DNA of 31,185 bases, from positions 1-31,185 of IMG/VR virus record IMGVR_UViG_3300010883_000251; one strand, written 5' to 3'. Source of the stretch: a virus. The position numbers were made by a program, and so were the translations under genes. Each line of letters opens with the position of its first letter. Position 1 is the first letter of the stretch. The notes beneath the pieces were generated by a model, which did no database searches, was not told the origin of the DNA, and was given only the letters and a program-made list of their open reading frames with translations. Below, in pieces: positions 25,702 to 31,185 of the stretch.

Positions 25702-25731
25702 AAAAAAGACCGATCACTTTCGTGACCGATC
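25702..25731 (-). terminator. Rho-independent terminator (shares its hairpin sequence with 26341..26370)
   Basis: Minus-strand RNA is GAUCGGUCAC-GAAA-GUGAUCGGUC (10-bp stem with two G-U pairs, GNRA loop) followed by U6. On the plus strand the wobble pairs become A-C mismatches, so the hairpin is strand-specific. Confidence 0.7.
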
Positions 25732-25743
25732 TTGTTGTTTTTT

Positions 25744-26103
25744 TTATATTGATTTTGTGTTGATGTCCCAGATCGACAATGATGTTTTGAAATCATCAGC
25801 GATTGAAAGATTCACAAGTTCATCTTGTGTCATGTTGTTCAGTGCATCACAAAAAATTGTCGCCATTTCAATTGACATGAATTCACCATAATTTTCAGCA
25901 CCATCATTGATTCTTCTTTCAAGAACTTCATCAGACCAACTTCTGACATCACAAGCCATGATTGAACGATTCACTTTGAATGAATCAACTGATGTGCTTG
26001 AATAGTCCATTTGTCTTTTTGCCATGCTTGATTTTGCGATTTGAAATTTGATTGTTGTGTTCACTGAAATTTCTGATTTCTGAATTGTTGTGATTGTTTC
26101 CAT
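25744..26103 (-). CDS. Hypothetical protein (119 aa), single-gene cassette
   Basis: Bounded by promoter copy c plus leader and the terminator at 25702-25731. No motif recognised. Confidence 0.55.
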   Translation of the reverse strand: METITTIQKSEISVNTTIKFQIAKSSMAKRQMDYSSTSVDSFKVNRSIMACDVRSWSDEVLERRINDGAENYGEFMSIEMATIFCDALNNMTQDELVNLSIADDFKTSLSIWDINTKSI

Positions 26104-26152
26104 TTTTTTGTTTTTTTAGGTGTGATCAAAACTTTTTGTCTTGATTTCTATT

Positions 26153-26230
26153 GTAAAAGTAAACCTTTTTTTCATTCCACAACGTAGAAATCAAAGTTTC
26201 TTTCATTTTTCTTTGTTTACTAGATAAGGA
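26153..26230 (-). promoter_or_regulatory. Repeated early promoter element, copy c
   Basis: The minus strand reads TCCTTATCTAGTAAACAAAGAAAAATGAAAGAAACTTTGATTTCTACGTTGTGGAATGAAAAAAAGGTTTACTTTTAC. Confidence 0.6.
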
Positions 26231-26340
26231 TTGCACAAAATTAGTTGAAAATTTCTTTTATTTTCGAAGATATTCCAGTCATTTTTGTATGTAGTGAATC
26301 AAAAAAACATCGATTTTGATGATCATGTTGTGAAAATAGC

Positions 26341-26370
26341 AAAAAAAAACGATCACTTTCGTGACCGATC
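26341..26370 (-). terminator. Rho-independent terminator (same hairpin sequence as 25702..25731)
   Basis: Minus-strand RNA is CGGUCAC-GAAA-GUGAUCG (7-bp stem including one G-U) followed by U9. Confidence 0.65.
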
Positions 26371-26396
26371 TTTTCAGTTGTTTTCTTTTCTTGATA

Positions 26397-26675
26397 TTAT
26401 AGACGTTGCATTGTTGCATTCACTTTTTTCGTGATGTCGTGTGTCAATTCGTATGTGTCACGAGTTTTGAAAAAGTTTGGCAATGATTCATCAGCATACG
26501 ATCCGATGAAAGTTGCACCCATTTGATAAAAAATTGTAAAACTTTTATCTTCAGAAGTCAATCTGATTGATTGCATTGTGTTGTTTTCATTCGGCTTGAA
26601 TGTCTTTGCTTTTGCTTTTGCCATTTCAAGAAGTTGTTTTGAAGGTGTGATCGTTGATGTTTTTGAATTTTCCAT
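26397..26675 (-). CDS. Hypothetical protein (92 aa)
   Basis: ATG 26675 lies 15 nt after CCTAAAAAAAAAA and the gene is followed by the terminator at 26341-26370. No motif recognised. Confidence 0.55.
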   Translation of the reverse strand: MENSKTSTITPSKQLLEMAKAKAKTFKPNENNTMQSIRLTSEDKSFTIFYQMGATFIGSYADESLPNFFKTRDTYELTHDITKKVNATMQRL

Positions 26676-26702
26676 TTTTGTTTTTTTTTTAGGTATTAAA
26701 AA

Positions 26703-26816
26703 TTATTTACTTAATCGGATTGTTTCTTCAAGTCTTTTGATTTCGATTGCAATTGAAGTGGTTTGTGTTGCACCTTTCAAAAGGTTGATGAATTTTGTTG
26801 TTAGTTCTTTTGTCAT
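26703..26816 (-). CDS. Possible micro-ORF (37 aa): MTKELTTKFINLLKGATQTTSIAIEIKRLEETIRLSK
   Basis: My own translation; it is below the ORF-track size cutoff. ATG 26816 lies 12 nt after the CCTAAAAAAAA leader that follows promoter copy d. Confidence 0.35.
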   Translation of the reverse strand: MTKELTTKFINLLKGATQTTSIAIEIKRLEETIRLSK

Positions 26817-26858
26817 TTTGTTTTTTTTAGGTTGACACAATGTGTGTCGTTTCTATTG

Positions 26859-26935
26859 GTAAAAGTAAACCTTTTTTTCATTCCACAACACGAAAATGAA
26901 AGTTTTTTTCATTTATTTTGTGTTTACTAGAGTAA
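26859..26935 (-). promoter_or_regulatory. Repeated early promoter element, copy d
   Basis: The minus strand reads TTACTCTAGTAAACACAAAATAAATGAAAAAAACTTTCATTTTCGTGTTGTGGAATGAAAAAAAGGTTTACTTTTAC. Confidence 0.6.
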
Positions 26936-26973
26936 AACAACCAAGAAAAAAGATGAAAGTTTTCTTTATTTGA

Positions 26974-28212
26974 TCAAATATTGTGTGCAAATTGACACAC
27001 AAGTCCATCGTTTTCGTCCCATACGAACATTTCACATGACTGAATTCCGCCTTTGTAGCCCTTCAAATTGTGCCATGCATCAGTTCCAGACAAAGATCGC
27101 ATGAATCTGATCACCATTCCTTTGTGTTCTTGTGTTGCCATGAATTTGATTTCCTTCTTGTGATGCAAGTGACCGACATGAACTTCACGAAATTTCGTTT
27201 CAGACCACAATTTCGGTTCTTCTGATGCTACAAGCAAAGGAAGATCAGCAACTTTTTCATTGTTTCCATGTGTGTAGGTGATCAGACATTTTCCGAATTT
27301 ATAGTGCTTTCGTGGATTCGCACCATTGTTCACATGAACGTTCTTGTTGTTATGATACCAGCATTCCATTGCATCACCAACATAGAACGATCTTTCGAAG
27401 TCGTGGTTTCCTTGAACCACAATGACATCAACTGGTGCGATCGTTGTCAACATGTCAATTCCTTTGATCAACAATTCACGTCCACTTTTATAGGTTTTTT
27501 GCCATCGAAGATCTTCATCTTGCGGTGTCAAATTTGAAGTCGTGTTTCTTTGATTGTCAGAATTGAAGAAATCGTTTCCAATAGGAAAAACAATTCGTTT
27601 GATATCGAAACCCTTTGATCGTGTGATCATCGCTGCAATCGCATCAAGAAACCTTTTTGAAGCGATCTTTGTGTCATAGTTTTCACCAGTTTCTTTTCCC
27701 CAGCATAATTTTCCGAAATGCAAATCGAATATATTTATTTCCATCAATTGACCTTTGTCAATGATCTTGTAGTCGATCGGCTTGTATATAGGTGAAAACG
27801 TTTTTACTTCTTGAATGATTTCATTTCTGATTTGTTTCAGATTGAAAATTTCAGTTGATTTCTTCAACCATGCTTTGATCTGAAAAAGTGGTTCAACAAT
27901 GATTTGACCATCAACTTGTGATCCGACTTCCCATTTGTTCACAACATAACGATCAACCATCCAGATCGATTCATCAATGTCACAAGCAATGATCAAGTCT
28001 TGAAGTGTTTTGATCCTTGATGATTTCGGTGAAGTGATCGTTTGATCATTCTTTTTGTTTTCAATTTGAATTTCACCACCTTTTTTTGAATAGTTGATTG
28101 CAGCATTCAGACATTGTTTCTGAATTTCTTCTGGCAACTTTCGAAGATTTTGGATCAGTGGTGTGATTGAATCAGTCCAACGTGGACGAAATTGTTTTTT
28201 GAATTTTGTCAT
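26974..28212 (-). CDS. Calcineurin-like metallophosphoesterase (412 aa) with an N-terminal extension of about 150 aa
   Basis: Ordered motifs are IFDLHFG (DxH), PIGNDFFNSD (GDxxD-like), VQGNHDF (GNHD), YTHGNNE and VGHLHHK (GHxH). Confidence 0.8.
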   Translation of the reverse strand: MTKFKKQFRPRWTDSITPLIQNLRKLPEEIQKQCLNAAINYSKKGGEIQIENKKNDQTITSPKSSRIKTLQDLIIACDIDESIWMVDRYVVNKWEVGSQVDGQIIVEPLFQIKAWLKKSTEIFNLKQIRNEIIQEVKTFSPIYKPIDYKIIDKGQLMEINIFDLHFGKLCWGKETGENYDTKIASKRFLDAIAAMITRSKGFDIKRIVFPIGNDFFNSDNQRNTTSNLTPQDEDLRWQKTYKSGRELLIKGIDMLTTIAPVDVIVVQGNHDFERSFYVGDAMECWYHNNKNVHVNNGANPRKHYKFGKCLITYTHGNNEKVADLPLLVASEEPKLWSETKFREVHVGHLHHKKEIKFMATQEHKGMVIRFMRSLSGTDAWHNLKGYKGGIQSCEMFVWDENDGLVCQFAHNI

Positions 28213-28289
28213 ACTATAAAGAAAAAGATTTTTTGTTGTGAATCAACAATGGATCATCAAGCACAATGAACATGTCAATGTTCACAATA

Positions 28290-28760
28290 TCATCTGAATA
28301 TGCTGAAAATGTCTTTGAAGAAAATTCGAAGAACAAGAAGAAACATTGAAATTGCAAAGATGAACATTGCCCAGTCTTTTGCACGTTCTGCAAATGTCAG
28401 TTCACGAACGATGATTTTTTCAAATGGAACTTTTGTTTCAATGAAGATTGTGTCACCAATACATTCACCAGTCAAGAAAATGATTGAATCTTGTCTGATG
28501 TATTGAATTTTGATTTTGTCTTTCGTGATGATGATCGTGTCTGAATTTGAAAATGGATCATTGAAAAATGATGTGTCAACACTTATTGATTGAATTCGAA
28601 TTGTATCATTCAAGACGATCGTGTCTTTCAATTGAAGTTCTGGAAACTTTTGTGTCAAATTAAAGATCTTTTTTTCCGCACGTTCCACTTTGCAAACACG
28701 TGTTGTGCAGCAACTTGAAATCAGTAAACCAAGAAAAAAGATTATCACTATTTTTTGCAT
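28290..28760 (-). CDS. Unimolecular spanin candidate (156 aa): N-terminal lipoprotein signal plus C-terminal transmembrane helix
   Basis: MQKIVIIFFLGLLISSC has a lipobox I-S-S-C. The C-terminus WAMFIFAISMFLLVLRIFF is hydrophobic, and the middle looks beta-rich. It is the last gene of the lysis cassette and overlaps the upstream gene by 13 nt. Confidence 0.5.
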   Translation of the reverse strand: MQKIVIIFFLGLLISSCCTTRVCKVERAEKKIFNLTQKFPELQLKDTIVLNDTIRIQSISVDTSFFNDPFSNSDTIIITKDKIKIQYIRQDSIIFLTGECIGDTIFIETKVPFEKIIVRELTFAERAKDWAMFIFAISMFLLVLRIFFKDIFSIFR

Positions 28761-28966
28761 TCACAAAAAGTTTTCGTTCCAGAAGATCGTTTTGTTTCAC
28801 CATAGATGTAGCCGATCACAAATGGTGAAAGTGCTGCGAAATATGCTGCAAATTGCGACATGTTGGTGTCATTTTTTATTCCAAGAAATCCGAAGATCAA
28901 CCATGCGATCATCATGAATATTGTGATCAAGAATCTTTTCGAACTTATCATTTCAATGAATTTCAT
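28748..28966 (-). CDS. Holin/antiholin-like membrane protein (72 aa, two predicted TM helices)
   Basis: FLITIFMMIAWLIFGFLGI and FAAYFAALSPFVIGYIYG, with a charged C-terminus. It lies between the endolysin and the spanin candidate. Confidence 0.5.
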   Translation of the reverse strand: MKFIEMISSKRFLITIFMMIAWLIFGFLGIKNDTNMSQFAAYFAALSPFVIGYIYGETKRSSGTKTFCECKK

Positions 28967-28977
28967 ATTTTTATTTT

Positions 28978-29463
28978 TTAAAGATGGACATTTTTCATTG
29001 CAAGTCCAATGTCACAACAATAGTCTGCAACGTTGAATGATGGACATGCTTTTGAAGAAAACTGATTGTGACCAGCAACTTTCAAATCTGGATTTCGCAA
29101 GATTTCGTGTTTGATATATATTTCAAGCGTCTTGCATTGATCATCAGTCAAAGTGTTTTTCGGTTCTTTTGTTTTCTTATCAAGTCCACCAATGTAGCAA
29201 ACATGCTTTGAATGTGAATTTTCACCACGAACACCCCACGTCATTTCAGAACTTTCAATGAATCCATCAAAAGGATTTGAACCTTTTGCGAAATGTAGAT
29301 TGTGAAGTGATCCATCAATTGTGATGACATCTGAATATCCAACACGTGACCATCCACGACCAGATTTTCCCATGTGCCATTCACGAATTGTTTCTGGACG
29401 AATGTCATCACCTTCATAAGTTGCTGAACAATGAATGATCAAGAATTTTTGTTTTTTCATCAT
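28978..29463 (-). CDS. Endolysin: N-acetylmuramoyl-L-alanine amidase, T7-lysozyme/PGRP type (161 aa)
   Basis: IIHCSAT, IREWH..GRGWSRVGY, VCYIGG, VAGHNQF..KACPSFNV are collinear with the zinc-amidase motifs of T7 lysozyme. Confidence 0.9.
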   Translation of the reverse strand: MMKKQKFLIIHCSATYEGDDIRPETIREWHMGKSGRGWSRVGYSDVITIDGSLHNLHFAKGSNPFDGFIESSEMTWGVRGENSHSKHVCYIGGLDKKTKEPKNTLTDDQCKTLEIYIKHEILRNPDLKVAGHNQFSSKACPSFNVADYCCDIGLAMKNVHL

Positions 29464-29643
29464 TTATTTTGGCGGTCGATTCCAGTTTTTCAATTCTTTT
29501 GATATCTTGATGATCGTCCAGATGATTGCGGTTGAATAGGAAACCAACTTCAAAGACATTTCAAATTCAGTCATCGAAATTCCTAATGCACCAACATTCA
29601 AGATGATAGTCATCGGACAAATTCTTTCAATTATTTCATTCAT
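29464..29643 (-). CDS. Holin-like small membrane protein (59 aa)
   Basis: ATG 29643 (MNEIIERICPMTIILNVGALGISM...LVSYSTAIIWTIIKI...KELKNWNRPPK). The ORF-track start at 29655 is GTG. Its stop abuts the endolysin ATG (TAAATG). Confidence 0.55.
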   Translation of the reverse strand: MNEIIERICPMTIILNVGALGISMTEFEMSLKLVSYSTAIIWTIIKISKELKNWNRPPK

Positions 29644-29673
29644 TTTTGTTGACACTTGTTTAATTTTTATATT

Positions 29674-30492
29674 TTAGAAACCGATCATGATGTTTGTGTT
29701 CAAATGAAATGTCATTTCTTCTTTTGCCAAGTGATAAGCAGACAAGACCAGAACTTCATTCGGTTGCATGAATTCGTCCCATCCTTCACAAGTTGAAAAT
29801 GCAGAAACATTGAAACAAATCGGTGTGTTGTTTCCAGTCATTGTCAAATTGATTGCAGAAGATCGGCAAACTGGAATTTCAGATGGAAATTCACCTTCAA
29901 TCGGACATGCTAACTTGACACGCAACAAACTGATTGTCACTTGCGTTCCACTTGATCCATAAGCCCAGCCATTCCAATTTTTCAAAGATGCACCACTGAT
30001 CGGATTTGTCCACACTGATGAATTCACCATGTTTTTCGGTGACATCGATGTCAGATTTGCAGCACCTAAATTCGTGGAAAATTTGTGTTCATTGTTGTAT
30101 TGTGCATTACCAAGACCGAATTCAATTCCACCAACAATTGAACCGAAAGATTTTATATTTCTTGAAACAAAATTGTTTGCAGTTCCAGATGAATTGATCG
30201 TCACGTTGCCAGTTCCACCAGAAGGTGAAATCGTGATTCCAGTCCCAGCAACAATTTGTGAAACACCAGCACCAGCCGCATTGATTGTGACGTTGCCAGT
30301 TCCACCGACTGGTGAAATTGTCACACCAGTTCCAGCAACAATTTGCGAAACCGCACCACCACCACCAGAATCAGCAATCCATTCAAGATTTCCAGTTGCA
30401 TTTTTTGTCAACTTTGTTGAATTTGCCGCAGCAACAAAGTCTTTTGGATGGTGAAGTTGATCATTTTGAAGATCACGATGAAAATTTGACAT
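29674..30492 (-). CDS. Tail fibre / receptor-binding-like protein (272 aa) with tandem 29-aa repeats
   Basis: VSQIVAGTGVTISPVGGTGNVTINAAGAG / VSQIVAGTGITISPSGGTGNVTINSSGTA. It has a Cys-containing C-terminal domain and lies between the head module and the lysis genes. Confidence 0.5.
   Translation of the reverse strand: MSNFHRDLQNDQLHHPKDFVAAANSTKLTKNATGNLEWIADSGGGGAVSQIVAGTGVTISPVGGTGNVTINAAGAGVSQIVAGTGITISPSGGTGNVTINSSGTANNFVSRNIKSFGSIVGGIEFGLGNAQYNNEHKFSTNLGAANLTSMSPKNMVNSSVWTNPISGASLKNWNGWAYGSSGTQVTISLLRVKLACPIEGEFPSEIPVCRSSAINLTMTGNNTPICFNVSAFSTCEGWDEFMQPNEVLVLSAYHLAKEEMTFHLNTNIMIGF
30193..30366 (-). repeat. Tandem 87-bp direct repeat (2 copies) inside the fibre-like gene
   Basis: attgatcgtcacgttgccagttccacc... 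at 30193 and attgattgtgacgttgccagttccacc... at 30280. The period is 87 bp, or 29 codons. Confidence 0.8.
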
Positions 30493-30510
30493 TTTTTTTT
30501 GTTTTTTTTA

Positions 30511-31044
30511 TTAGTATATTATCATTCCATGTGTCTTTGAAACACGTGGTGATCCATCACTGCAAATTGAATTGTTTCCATTTGAATATTCTGGAAAAGA
30601 TTTTGCATTCAAATTGATGAAATCCATCATTTCCTTCAACATGACTTTTCCTTTTCGATATGTGTCTTGTTTATAAACATTCAATTCGTTTGAAGAAACT
30701 GCATGTGAAAATTCTGGAATGTTTGTCACGATTCCACTTGAAGTTGATTGATGTTGAATTTCAACGATCAGTTCAAATCTTGTGAACCATGCAAGTGTCG
30801 GTTTTATCCAGTCAGTCATCAAAGTTGTTTCATCAGCGGTTTCAGTTCCAGCATCAAATGCATCTTTCAAATGAATGTAAAACTTTGAAGACAAAGGTTC
30901 TTTGATGTGTGCAATTTCTGAAAGAATTCTGATTTCACGTGATATCAATTGCGGATCAGTGTTTTGATTTGTGAATGCAAGTGCGATCACTTCAGATTCA
31001 AGCATGAATGGATCATCGTTCATGTAGTTGTTTGATAATGGCAT
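30511..31044 (-). CDS. Hypothetical protein (177 aa), possible head-tail connector by position
   Basis: Starts 3 nt after the portal stop (TAAAAAATG). No motif recognised. Confidence 0.3.
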   Translation of the reverse strand: MPLSNNYMNDDPFMLESEVIALAFTNQNTDPQLISREIRILSEIAHIKEPLSSKFYIHLKDAFDAGTETADETTLMTDWIKPTLAWFTRFELIVEIQHQSTSSGIVTNIPEFSHAVSSNELNVYKQDTYRKGKVMLKEMMDFINLNAKSFPEYSNGNNSICSDGSPRVSKTHGMIIY

Positions 31045-31047
31045 TTT

Positions 31048-31185
31048 TTATTTTTTTTCTTTGTTAATATTTAGAAAAACATCACCATTTTCAATCGGAT
31101 CAAATCCAAGCATGACACGTTGTTCATTCAATGTCAAGACACTTGCTGGTTGAATATCTGAAAGATATGAAATCGGTGGTTCATA
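31048..31185 (-). CDS. Portal protein 3' end (duplicate of 1..123 plus the true last 4 codons and stop)
   Basis: The frame continues ...GDVFLNIN-KEKK-TAA with the stop at 31048-31050. The same ORF runs off the left edge of the window. Confidence 0.75.
   Translation of the reverse strand, partial: YEPPISYLSDIQPASVLTLNEQRVMLGFDPIENGDVFLNINKEKK
31063..31185. repeat. Right copy of the 123-bp terminal direct repeat
   Basis: Exact identity with 1-123. Confidence 0.9.

Noticed and set aside
20879-26884. Whether the four identical 26-nt repeats could be a CRISPR array.
   Set aside because: Spacing is irregular and in the kilobase range. Each copy sits just upstream of a gene start, and the intervening sequence is coding.

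Overview
This window is a complete genome of an AT-rich tailed dsDNA phage. Bases 1-123 recur exactly at 31063-31185, so it is one circularly closed unit of 31,062 bp plus an assembly overlap. The junction falls inside the portal gene. All credible genes (about 47 CDS) are on the minus strand and tightly packed. They have A-rich leaders and no Shine-Dalgarno sequences, and the recognisable promoters fit the Bacteroidota TTG / TAnnTTTG type, so I infer a Bacteroidota (Flavobacteriia-like) host. Reading the minus strand downward from about 28.2 kb, the modules are as follows. (1) Early/accessory region: a calcineurin-type metallophosphoesterase, then small ORFan genes in repeated promoter-gene-terminator cassettes. 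(2) Replication/recombination module: possible Rad52-like annealase, two small HTH proteins, an SSB-like protein with a DVPF tail, a winged-helix replication initiator, a VRR-NUC nuclease and a compact C5 cytosine methyltransferase. (3) TerS/TerL. (4) Tail module ending in a 1250-aa tape measure protein. (5) A small regulatory island (zinc-ribbon protein, Mor-like HTH protein). (6) Head module: ClpP-type protease-scaffold fusion, major capsid protein, portal. (7) A tail-fibre-like protein. (8) Lysis cassette: holin, T7-lysozyme-type amidase, a second holin-like protein and a unimolecular-spanin candidate. I saw no integrase, tRNA, rRNA or CRISPR array. The main findings are these. A 26-nt promoter core is repeated identically four times, and two tandem moron-like cassettes share both promoter and terminator sequences. 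A CCTAAAAAA leader motif precedes 7 start codons. A T10 slippery run has a -1 frame ORF overlapping a chaperone-like gene. Several 4-bp palindromes (AGCT, GTAC, GGCC, CCGG, GCGC, CGCG) appear to be completely absent while GATC is over-represented. The module order is non-canonical. All functional calls come from motif recognition by eye. No database search or exact k-mer count was possible.
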